64,000 nt of DNA from Gammaproteobacteria bacterium (GTDB taxonomy: Bacteria > Pseudomonadota > Gammaproteobacteria > Ga0077536): assembly GCA_963662545.2 (NCBI GenBank), contig CAXXLL010000003.1:1056001-1120000 (forward strand). The letters run 5' to 3'. Position 1 is the first letter of the stretch; each line of letters starts with the position of its first letter. The notes under the pieces were generated by a model. The model was not told the DNA's origin, did not search any database, and saw only the letters and a program-made list of their open reading frames with translations. Both the position numbers and the translations under genes were made by a program. Shown here piece after piece: positions 10,211 through 18,473 of the stretch.

Positions 10211-10305
10211 AGCCCGCCTATTGTGCAAAGGCGGCCGCAGCACTCGGAGAAGTGGTTGAACAAACAGGATTAATCAGGCCATTCGGCGATGTTCGGGCCA
10301 GGCGC
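10211..10305 (+). repeat. Dispersed ~95-bp repeat, copy A (inverse copy at 32414-32510)
   Basis: Shares AGCCCGCCTATTG, GCGGCCGCAGC and an identical 23-mer AACAGGATTAATCAGGCCATTCG with the reverse complement of 32414-32510. Confidence 0.85.
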
Positions 10306-10333
10306 CATGGGTATTTCGACGCCGCCGTCAGGC

Positions 10334-11662
10334 CTATTTCAGCGCGGCGGCCTCGATTCTTCGCTGCCACAATAAACGGCCCGCGCCGTCACGCGACGAG
10401 AGGGTAAGCGCCCGCGCGGCCGCAGGTCCACTGAAGGAAATCACGCAAAAGTTTCTCTCTCGTACGAGGGTGCCGGCATCCATTTCGGGATTATTACTCG
10501 CTTCGTAATCCTTGAAAGGCCTCGAAGTCAGGGGCGAACAGGTCAATTCGTATAGATCGTAGGTTCCCTGTCTGCTCGTGCTGGCAAGCTTCGTAAAGTG
10601 CCGATCGCCGCTGAGAAACATGACGCCCGGGATCCGATTAGCAGTGAGCCAGGCAAGAAAATCGCCCTGTTCGCGCGGAAAATGATTCCACCCTTCGAAG
10701 CGGTTGTGTCGATTGAGCATTTCGCTTCCATTGACGATGAATTTAAACCGGGCGCGCGACACTCTCAGAGCGTTCTTCAACCAGCGTATCTGATCGCGCC
10801 CAAACATTTGCTTATCCTTCAAACCAGCCGCATGGTCTGCGTCTCGATGGTAGCGGTTGTCCATCAGAAAAAACTCTGCATCACCATATGAAACGCTCGT
10901 GAAAATGCCGGGAACATCGGGCTGCCCGTAATTCGGATTCGCCCAATAACGTTTGAATATCTCGAGCGACTCGCGTTTGAACCCATAGGCGCGATTTGAA
11001 TTGTTGGGTCCGTAATCGTGATCGTCCCAGATCGCTACGTGGTGGGTACCTCGTAAGAGGGGCTGCAGCTCGTTCAGGTTCCTCGCGTAGCGATATCGAT
11101 ACGCGACGCCGCCGCGGCTCAGAAAATCCGCTTCTCTCAGGTACACGTTATCACCCAGCCACAACATGAAAGCCGGTTGCAGGGCGGCGATATGTTTGAA
11201 TATCCCGTAGCCTCCGCCGTAGGGTTTTCCTGGTCTGTCGAAGGGCGGATCGTTGGTGTAGGAACAGGAGCCAACCGCCACTTCGAAGTCGGGTGGCGGG
11301 GCGTGCCACTGCCACAGAACCTGGGTGTGAAACCTGAGCACCTCCGACGATATCGCGGTATCGCCGTCGAGTACTTCATAAGCGTAAGTTGTTCCAGGAT
11401 CGAGTTCAGTAATTTCGAACAGCGTTACGTAATCGAACTCGACGCTCAACGCTTGTGCGTCCGTTTGAACGCGCTTGTGCGCCGCGCCGACCGGCCAGTA
11501 AGCGACCCGCGCGATACCGGGACCATCCGCCTGCAGCCAGATCGCCGCCGAACGCATGCCGACCCATCCGGGCATCGGACCCGCGTGCAGGGTCCAGGCC
11601 GGCGCCGCTTCGGCCAGGCACGCCAAGGCCAGAACGACGAATAACCCAATTGAATTTTGCAA
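10334..11662 (-). CDS. phoD: PhoD-family alkaline phosphatase
   Basis: GSC, WLGDNVY, WDDHDY, SGDRH metal-binding motifs; signal peptide. Confidence 0.9.
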   Translation of the reverse strand: MQNSIGLFVVLALACLAEAAPAWTLHAGPMPGWVGMRSAAIWLQADGPGIARVAYWPVGAAHKRVQTDAQALSVEFDYVTLFEITELDPGTTYAYEVLDGDTAISSEVLRFHTQVLWQWHAPPPDFEVAVGSCSYTNDPPFDRPGKPYGGGYGIFKHIAALQPAFMLWLGDNVYLREADFLSRGGVAYRYRYARNLNELQPLLRGTHHVAIWDDHDYGPNNSNRAYGFKRESLEIFKRYWANPNYGQPDVPGIFTSVSYGDAEFFLMDNRYHRDADHAAGLKDKQMFGRDQIRWLKNALRVSRARFKFIVNGSEMLNRHNRFEGWNHFPREQGDFLAWLTANRIPGVMFLSGDRHFTKLASTSRQGTYDLYELTCSPLTSRPFKDYEASNNPEMDAGTLVRERNFCVISFSGPAAARALTLSSRDGAGRLLWQRRIEAAALK

Positions 11663-11764
11663 TATGGCCCGGCTCGACTCTGAGGGATCCCGCCTACCTT
11701 ACCCCCATCGCCAGGATCTTAGGAGTTGAACGAATACGCAGACGCTTTGGTGAGCAAGAGGATA

Positions 11765-11858
11765 GAACCACTAACAACACGGAGAGAAGAAAAAAAATGA
11801 CTAATTACATGCCATATTCGACTTTTTCGCGCCGTGTTCTTCGTGTTCTCCGTGGTTC
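11765..11858. repeat. AACCAC...GTGGTT-type intergenic inverted repeat
   Basis: GAACCACTAACAACACGG ... CCGTGTTCTTCGTGTTCTCCGTGGTTC, with 9-nt periodic CGTG units in the right arm. Confidence 0.6.
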
Positions 11859-11911
11859 ATTGCGATTATCTTTAGCGATCTAGGACTAAAGGACTAGCTG
11901 ATGAGCTTTAT

Positions 11912-12520
11912 CTAGCGGTCGCGTGCCGGCGCGTCACGGCCGGACCGGGGCGGACGTTGCGGTGTCCGCGCATCGCCGTCGCGCGGCCCCGTATCCGATC
12001 GCCTCTCGGCTGCTCTCGGCTGCCGTCTACCGGGTTCCAAATTTCTCTGGTTGTCGCGGCTCCGACGATTCTGGCGCACGAATTTCCTGCGCTGCTCGGC
12101 TGACATCGACTGCCATTTATGGCGTAGATCGCGCCTTTGATCGGACGGCAAGGACTGAAAGCGCTGGTAGGACTTGCGCAGCCGCTGTCGCTGCTCGGGC
12201 GGCAGCGATTTGAACCGCTCCATTCGACCCCGGAGTTTCTGCTTCTGCCCCGGGCTGTACGACTGCCAACGTTTGAGCCGTCCGCGCGCCTGGCGGCGCT
12301 GCCCGGGATCCATATTGCGCCACGCCTCGGCACCTTCCATCAACCGACGCTGGCGCGCGGGATCGAGGTCATCCCATTGCCCACGCATTTTTTCTAATAC
12401 GCGCTGGTGATCGGCATTCAAGGAATCCCAAGGGATGGTGTCGTCCGCGGACAGGAGACCGGCGGCGAGCAGACACCAGCCGATTAACAGGCCGCTCACT
12501 ATGACTCTAGTCGCCTGCAT
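11912..12520 (-). CDS. DUF3106-like secreted protein with W/F-x-x-L-x-P-E-Q-R helical repeats
   Basis: Signal peptide, then repeats WDSLNADHQ, WDDLDPARQ, FKSLPPEQRQRLR, WQSMSAEQRR. Confidence 0.85.
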   Translation of the reverse strand: MQATRVIVSGLLIGWCLLAAGLLSADDTIPWDSLNADHQRVLEKMRGQWDDLDPARQRRLMEGAEAWRNMDPGQRRQARGRLKRWQSYSPGQKQKLRGRMERFKSLPPEQRQRLRKSYQRFQSLPSDQRRDLRHKWQSMSAEQRRKFVRQNRRSRDNQRNLEPGRRQPRAAERRSDTGPRDGDARTPQRPPRSGRDAPARDR

Positions 12521-12719
12521 CACGTTCTTCCCTGCCGATCTTTTGCTCCGATATTCGTCGTTCGTCTTCGAAAAACCGTGGATCGATGGGTTCCCCATCG
12601 CTTTGCCATTCAGCAAGAAACTCGAGCAGTTCCATGTCGGGGATGTCGTCATCGGCGAGATCTGCGAATGAATTCCAACACAGCGAAATCCCCAGCCAAA
12701 TCAGCACGCTAACCCGCAT
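12507..12719 (-). CDS. Small secreted acidic hypothetical protein
   Basis: Signal peptide plus DDDIPDMELLEFLAEW..IDP; overlaps both neighbours in operon fashion. Confidence 0.75.
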   Translation of the reverse strand: MRVSVLIWLGISLCWNSFADLADDDIPDMELLEFLAEWQSDGEPIDPRFFEDERRISEQKIGREERDAGD

Positions 12720-13050
12720 GGCCGCGGCTTGCCAGCCACTCGTAGAAATCGAGATCTTCGACCAGGTCCATATCCTGACTCGCTGCGATCAATTCAAATG
12801 CCAATGGCACTGCTTCGATCGGAGCGGGACGTGACAACATAAAGCTCAGTGCCATGACGATAGCGGCGGTGGCCGTCCCGAGAGGTAGTAAGCTCTCATA
12901 ACTCCAGCGTCGCGAGCGCGTACGCTCCAGGGCCTGCAACCGGATCGCTTGCAGGCGCGCTGCCAAAAATGCGTCCGGCGCATCAAGGTCCCCCTCGAGA
13001 GCGGCACGAACCCATTCTTGCAATTGGTCATCCGTCGCATTCATGATCAA
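12709..13050 (-). CDS. DUF3619-like membrane protein, putative anti-sigma factor
   Basis: ARLQAIRLQAL helix, single TM segment, acidic tail DMDLVEDLDFYEWL; ATGA-coupled to the ECF sigma. Confidence 0.8.
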   Translation of the reverse strand: MIMNATDDQLQEWVRAALEGDLDAPDAFLAARLQAIRLQALERTRSRRWSYESLLPLGTATAAIVMALSFMLSRPAPIEAVPLAFELIAASQDMDLVEDLDFYEWLASRGHAG

Positions 13051-13597
13051 GCTTCATCCAGGGCTTTGCGTATGCGCGCTGTTGCCCGGAACAGGTGCGT
13101 CTTGACGCTGCCTTGTGAGCAGCGCATTGCTGCGGCCGTCTCGCGCACGTCCAGACCCTGCCAAATCCGAAGCAAAAAAACCTGCTGTTGCCGCAACGGT
13201 AATTCCTCGATCACTCGGGTCAAGTTTTCCAGCGTGTTTTCGGCGGCAACGGATTCCTCCGCCGATGGCGCGTGGATTGCGCCCGCGAAATCGGCCACCT
13301 CGCCATTGCCGGGATCGCCGACTTCGCGTCCGGGTCCAACCCAGGTAAATAATTTCTTGCGCGTGGTATTGCGGCGGTGCCAATCCAGAATTCGCCGCTC
13401 GAGAATCTTGAAAAACAGCGGCGGCCACTCGGCTTCAGGCCGGTCAGCATATTTTCGCAAAGGCGGATCATAGTGTCCTGCACAATATCCAAAGCATCGT
13501 CCTGATTTCGCGTCGCGAACCGTGCTATTCGAAATGCTCGGCGTTCTACGCTCGCCAGAAAAGCGTTCAGCGCCCTGTGGTTGTCCCTTGCTTGCAT
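13047..13597 (-). pseudogene. ECF RNA polymerase sigma factor with a 1-nt frameshift near 13460 (real or sequencing error)
   Basis: One frame gives FLASVERRAFRIA..DDALDIVQDTMIRL, the other RKYADRPEAEWPPLFFKIL..LPLRQQQVFLLR..GSVKTHLFRA. Confidence 0.85.
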
Positions 13598-13711
13598 CCG
13601 CGCGGCATCGATTACGGTGACCCGGATTATAGCGCCGACCACGCGCGACGCCGCTTGGTGCGGCGTCGCTAGATCGCGTCGGCATGGCCTTAGTCGTGCC
13701 TATGTTGCGAA

Positions 13712-14704
13712 TTACCGGCGGCGTGCGACACGGCCCGATCTGGTCGCGCCCCGATCACCGTGACGATTCATCTGGTTTGTCCGACGGTCCGTGCGGCGAT
13801 CCGTCTGGTTTGCCCGACGGTCCGTACGGCGATCGGCCCTGTCACCCTGGCGATCATGACGCCGATCGATTCGATCACCTCCATCCCTTATGCCACGATC
13901 GGCGTAGTCGCCCTTGCGATCAAGACGGCGGTCAATGCGGTCGCCCTTACGATCGAGATGTCGATCGACACGATCGCCCTTCCGATCCAGGCGCTTATCG
14001 ACGCGATCCCCTTTCCGGTCCAGGCGCTCATCGATGCGATCCCCTTTACGTTCAAGGCGGTCAGCCAGTCCATCTTTTCCCGCAGCTTCGGCGCGATCGG
14101 CCCGCGCATCGTAACGGTCCTCAATGCGATCGCCCTTGCGGTCTAGGCGGTCGTCGATACGATCGCCCTTGCGATCGAGGCGCGCGTCAATGCGGTCGCC
14201 CTTGCGGTCCAGGCGGCGGTCGATGCGATCGCCCGCGCGGTCAGGATCTATAGCCGCATGATCGCCTTTCCAATCGAGCCGCCGATCGATACGGTCACCC
14301 TTGCGATCGAGACGCGCATCAACACGGTCGCCTTTGCGATCTAAGCGTTTATCTATGCGGTCACCCTTACGATCCAGACGCTTATCTATGCGATCGCCTT
14401 TGTTTTCCAGACGTTCCGCCAAGCCGTCTTTCCCGGCTTCCGCGGCGCGATCAGCCCGCGCATCGTAGCGTTCTTCGATGCGATCACCCTTGCGGTCCAG
14501 CCGCTCGTCGATGCGATCGCCCTTGCGATCGAGGCGCGCGTCGATGGCGTCGCCCCGATGGTCTAAGCGATGGTCGATGCGGTCGCCCCGGTCCGGCCAT
14601 TCAGGTGACGTTCCGGCGCCGGAAGCGGCGTCTTCCGCGACGGCCGGGAATACTATAGAAAGTGTGAACGCCGCTATTGCGGGTCTCAAAAAGTGGCGAA
14701 TCAT
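13712..14704 (-). CDS. Secreted protein with 11-residue DRKGDRIDxRL tandem repeats
   Basis: GGAG RBS, signal peptide MIRHFLRPAIAAFTLSIVFPAVA, 33-bp repeats whose differences are largely synonymous in this frame. Confidence 0.88.
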   Translation of the reverse strand: MIRHFLRPAIAAFTLSIVFPAVAEDAASGAGTSPEWPDRGDRIDHRLDHRGDAIDARLDRKGDRIDERLDRKGDRIEERYDARADRAAEAGKDGLAERLENKGDRIDKRLDRKGDRIDKRLDRKGDRVDARLDRKGDRIDRRLDWKGDHAAIDPDRAGDRIDRRLDRKGDRIDARLDRKGDRIDDRLDRKGDRIEDRYDARADRAEAAGKDGLADRLERKGDRIDERLDRKGDRVDKRLDRKGDRVDRHLDRKGDRIDRRLDRKGDYADRGIRDGGDRIDRRHDRQGDRADRRTDRRANQTDRRTDRRTNQMNRHGDRGATRSGRVARRR

Positions 14705-14740
14705 GGCTTCGTTCTCCGAAAATTGACAATACACCCCCTA

Positions 14741-14768
14741 CAACGGCCGTAGGGGGCATCGGTTGACA
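14741..14768 (-). promoter_or_regulatory. Putative ECF-sigma promoter TGTCAAC-N16-CGTTG
   Basis: AAC/-35 and CGT/-10 pattern with 16-nt spacer, about 40 nt upstream of the repeat gene. Confidence 0.45.
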
Positions 14769-14787
14769 AAGTGAACGAATATTTTTC

Positions 14788-15339
14788 CTGATGCGGTCAA
14801 TCCCGTATATCGACCGGCGTGCCTTCTTCGACCCGATCGAACAACTCGACAACATCCGCATTGCGCATTCGAATGCAGCCGCGGGAACCCGGGCGGCCGA
14901 GTGAGGTGCCGTCCGGGCTGCCATGGATGTAAATGTAGCGGGCCTTGGTATCGGTTTCTCCGCCGGAGTTTCGGCCAGGCTCGAGGCCGCTCAACCACAA
15001 GATCCGGGTGAGTATCCAATCGCGCTCCGGGTGTTCGGCACCGATCGCGTTGGAGAAGATATCTGATGCGGTCAATCCCGTATATCGACCGGCGTGCCTT
15101 CTTCGACCCGATCGAACAACTCGACAACATCCGCATTGCGCATTCGAATGCAGCCGCGGGAACCCGGGCGGCCGAGTGAGGTGCCGTCCGGGCTGCCATG
15201 GATGTAAATGTAGCGGGCCTTGGTATCGGTTTCTCCGCCGGAGTTTCGGCCAGGCTCGAGGCCGCTCAACCACAAGATCCGGGTGAGTATCCAATCGCGC
15301 TCCGGGTGTTCGGCACCGATCGCGTTGGAGAAGATATCT
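14788..15339. repeat. Direct tandem duplication, period 275 bp (3' part of the L,D-transpeptidase gene)
   Basis: CTGATGCGGTCAATCCCG...GGAGAAGATATCT occurs at 14788-15064 and again at 15063-15339. Confidence 0.95.
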
Positions 15340-15560
15340 CCAGTCGGTTTGCGCCCGACGAATACCGTATTAACAGCGCAATCCTGTCCTATCTTCTCAC
15401 TGATTTCATGCCGCCCACACGGCGTGCACTCGCTGTCCAGGCGTTCACCGGGCCCGTTCCTGGCCGTCGATACCGGATAGCTCGATACCAGTCGGCCGTC
15501 TTCCAACACGCGCAATTGCTGGCGGGTAAGATCAATTTCGAGTCTTTTATCGGTCGCCAA
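15072..15560 (-). CDS. L,D-transpeptidase (YkuD family)
   Basis: YPVSTA, IYIHG..GRPGSRGCIRM catalytic motif. Confidence 0.92.
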   Translation of the reverse strand: MATDKRLEIDLTRQQLRVLEDGRLVSSYPVSTARNGPGERLDSECTPCGRHEISEKIGQDCAVNTVFVGRKPTGDIFSNAIGAEHPERDWILTRILWLSGLEPGRNSGGETDTKARYIYIHGSPDGTSLGRPGSRGCIRMRNADVVELFDRVEEGTPVDIRD

Positions 15561-17061
15561 CGCGATTTACCTTTGAAGTGAATTCCAATGCATCGAAATT
15601 TCCGTGCAGGTCGGTCGAGTAGCCGACGATTTCGTCGCGCGAAACGAGTAGCTGGTCCTCGAACCACAATGGTATATAAGGAAGATCGTACAACAAGCGT
15701 TCCTGCAGTGCGTGGTAGAGCCGCACACGTTCCTCGATGCCCGCCGTCTGTTCAGCCGCCTCGATCAATCGGTCTACCTCGGGTTGCCGGTAACGGCCGC
15801 GATTGGCGCCGACGGGCGGCAGGGCATCGCTGTGGAACGCATGGCGAAAGATGTCGGGAAGCCGGAGGCCGACCCACGATAGCGAATAAACCTGAAAGCG
15901 CCCATTCTTTACGTCACCATAAAAAGTACCCCAATCGAGGCTCTGAATATCGAGCTTGATTCCCACACGCTGCAGTTGACTCTTGAGCACGGTAGCGATG
16001 CTCAAGCGAAAATGGTCACTCGATGTCTTGTAGTAAAGGCTGATCTCTCCGTCTCGATATCCCGCATCAGCGAGCAGTTCGCGAGCCCGTTCCGGATCAT
16101 GAACAAGCGCATTCAGACCCCCTGCACCGGCCCAGTGTTCGGGCGGGAAAATCACGTTGGCCCGGCGAGCGTAACCGCGAAAGATATATTCGATGATGCT
16201 GTCGCGGTCGATGGCGTATCCAATCGCGCGCCGTACTGCTCGATCGCTCGTCGGACCGCGCTCCAGATTGAAGCCCAGATAGGAAAACGTTGCGCCGTCG
16301 ACATGCCGGGCATTGACGCCGGACTGCGACGACAACCAATCGAACAAAGCCGGAGGAATATTACCCTGGATGATATCGAGTTCCCCGTTGACGATTTTGA
16401 GGGCGCGAACCGTCGCATCCTTGACCGTGTGAAACTCGAAACGGGCGCCATCGGCACGGCGCCGCATGAGGATCGCGCCGCCGGCTCTCGTTTCCAGGTA
16501 CTCGAATCTACCCGACGTTCTGCGCACGTCGTACCTGGAACGCTCGATATCAGCGTCCTCGGACGACATGACACCGATGACGAGAGTGCCGGGGAACAGC
16601 AGATCGGGACGTTCGAGATGGAAATCGACGGTCTTGGGATCGACGACCGACATCGACCTAATATTGACGAGCGAGGCCTTGTGGGGAGACGCCCTCGCGG
16701 GATTAAGAACCGAACGATAGGTCGCCACGACGTCATTCGCGGTAATGGTACGGCCGTCGTTGAAGCTTGCATCCTCATCGATGAAGAACCGATAGTGGGT
16801 GGCAGAGCGCTGTTCCCACCGCGCGAGATCGGCGACGGGCTTGGCCGCGAGATCAAAATCGACCAGCGCCCGGTGCAACAGCCGGACCAAGCGATACGAT
16901 ACGGCATCCGTCGCAAACCTCGGATCCAGTGTTGCCGGTGCGACTGGCAGGCCGATGCGAATCGCATCGCGATCCTGCCAGCGCTCCGAACAGGCGGCTG
17001 CGCCGAGGATCAGTAAGGCTACAACGCTGCATACGAATAGCCCCGTATGATTTCGTTTCAT
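15547..17061 (-). CDS. Peptide ABC transporter substrate-binding lipoprotein (family 5)
   Basis: Lipobox-like AAAC, LDPR, F.DG..TA.DV, VRRAIGYAIDR, GANRGRY, DLPYIPLW. Confidence 0.92.
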   Translation of the reverse strand: MKRNHTGLFVCSVVALLILGAAACSERWQDRDAIRIGLPVAPATLDPRFATDAVSYRLVRLLHRALVDFDLAAKPVADLARWEQRSATHYRFFIDEDASFNDGRTITANDVVATYRSVLNPARASPHKASLVNIRSMSVVDPKTVDFHLERPDLLFPGTLVIGVMSSEDADIERSRYDVRRTSGRFEYLETRAGGAILMRRRADGARFEFHTVKDATVRALKIVNGELDIIQGNIPPALFDWLSSQSGVNARHVDGATFSYLGFNLERGPTSDRAVRRAIGYAIDRDSIIEYIFRGYARRANVIFPPEHWAGAGGLNALVHDPERARELLADAGYRDGEISLYYKTSSDHFRLSIATVLKSQLQRVGIKLDIQSLDWGTFYGDVKNGRFQVYSLSWVGLRLPDIFRHAFHSDALPPVGANRGRYRQPEVDRLIEAAEQTAGIEERVRLYHALQERLLYDLPYIPLWFEDQLLVSRDEIVGYSTDLHGNFDALEFTSKVNRVGDR

Positions 17062-18362
17062 TTCCTTTCAAAAAACGAAATGGACTCTACGTGAGCGGTC
17101 TGCGGGAACATGTCGAGAATACCCGTTTCGGAGAGTTCGAATCCGTGGACCTGGGTCAAAACTGCGGCGTCGCGCGCGAACGTAACCGGGTTACAGGATA
17201 CGTAGACCAGCCGGCTCACGGCATCGAAAACGCCGCATTGCAGTAAGATCAATGCGCCTGTACGGGGCGGATCGAGCAGCACTTTCGTGGCCTTATGCAA
17301 TTCTAAGGCGGAAATCGTATCGGCTCGCGCCAGGTCCACGACCTTGAACTCGACATTGGACAGTCCGTTCGACAGTGCATTCGTTCGCGCGCGTTTGACC
17401 AGGCGTTCGTCCCCTTCCACACCACTCACCTGTCCCGCTCGGAGCGCCATCGGCAGCGAGAAATTCCCGATCCCGCAAAAAAGATCGACGACCCGATCAT
17501 CGTGCTCCAGCTCCAGGTAGTCGAGAGCGCGCATGACCATTTGTTCGTTGATATCGGTATTGACCTGAGTGAAATCGGTCGGGGTAAAGGCGAGGCTTAG
17601 TCCGTCCACGGCGTAGTGCAGCGGCTCTTCTTCGTTCCCTGTTCCGACGATGGAATTGGGGCCGCCGCTCTGCAGGTATATTGAAAGCCCCGATTCAGAA
17701 GCAAAGCTACGGAGGTGATCCAGATCGTTTTCGCCGAGAGCCGCCAAATGTCGAACCACGAGTGCACCGCAATCATCACCCAGCGCGACCTCGATTTGAG
17801 GCACTTTGGTGGAAATCGACAGGTTTTCTATCAAGGCGCGCAACTCGAGCAGACGCTCGCCCACTCTAGGATCAAGAATGTCGCAATGCGCAGAATCCGC
17901 TATATAGGGTTTGGCGCGTTCCCGAAAACCGACCAACACACCGCCTTTTTTAGGAACGGACTTGACGCCTAGACGCGCCTTGCGCCGATAGCCCCATTGA
18001 GGACCACGGATGGGATCCGCAATTCTCTGCGGTGTGATTCCTGCCTGATGCAGCAATAATTCGATCAGCACTCCTTGCTTGTGCCGTAACTGGTACGCCT
18101 CGCCGACGTGCTGCATGCTGCACCCGCCGCAAACGCCGAAATACGCGCACCGGGGCTCGATGCGCTCGCTGCTCGGGTGCAGAACTTCCACGACCTCCGC
18201 TTCGTCGAAGCGTCCGCGTTTGCGTAGAATCCGTGCGCGAACGCGTTCTCCGGGCAGCGCACCGAATACAAACACGGTTTTTCCGTTGATTCGGCCGACG
18301 CCGCGGCCTTCGTGCGACAGGTTGTCGATCGAGACTTCGACGAGTTCCCGGCGGCGGCGCAT
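17058..18362 (-). CDS. rlmD: 23S rRNA (uracil1939-C5)-methyltransferase
   Basis: TRAM domain, C..FGVCGGC Fe-S motif, FTQVN, DLFCGIGNF, DPPR, YVSCNP, DMFPQTAHVE. Confidence 0.95.
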   Translation of the reverse strand: MRRRRELVEVSIDNLSHEGRGVGRINGKTVFVFGALPGERVRARILRKRGRFDEAEVVEVLHPSSERIEPRCAYFGVCGGCSMQHVGEAYQLRHKQGVLIELLLHQAGITPQRIADPIRGPQWGYRRKARLGVKSVPKKGGVLVGFRERAKPYIADSAHCDILDPRVGERLLELRALIENLSISTKVPQIEVALGDDCGALVVRHLAALGENDLDHLRSFASESGLSIYLQSGGPNSIVGTGNEEEPLHYAVDGLSLAFTPTDFTQVNTDINEQMVMRALDYLELEHDDRVVDLFCGIGNFSLPMALRAGQVSGVEGDERLVKRARTNALSNGLSNVEFKVVDLARADTISALELHKATKVLLDPPRTGALILLQCGVFDAVSRLVYVSCNPVTFARDAAVLTQVHGFELSETGILDMFPQTAHVESISFFERK

Positions 18363-18473
18363 TACAGACTCCGCTCCGCGTTAGATGAAGGCTTGGTCTT
18401 CGTTTGCATCATCGACGGCGCGCCGTACTGTTTAGCCCGCATTATTCAGAAAATAAGAAGGCGCTGTCGGCGT

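Noticed and set aside
13684-14253. Plus-strand ORFs with CDRP or AIAL repeats
   Set aside because: Shadow frames of the 33-bp repeats; the minus-strand gene has the RBS, signal peptide and synonymous variation
13860-14600. 33-bp periodic repeats as a possible CRISPR array
   Set aside because: No unique spacers, codon-phased variation, no cas genes
14797-15294. Second L,D-transpeptidase gene
   Set aside because: Out-of-frame chimera created by the tandem duplication; lacks the N-terminal half
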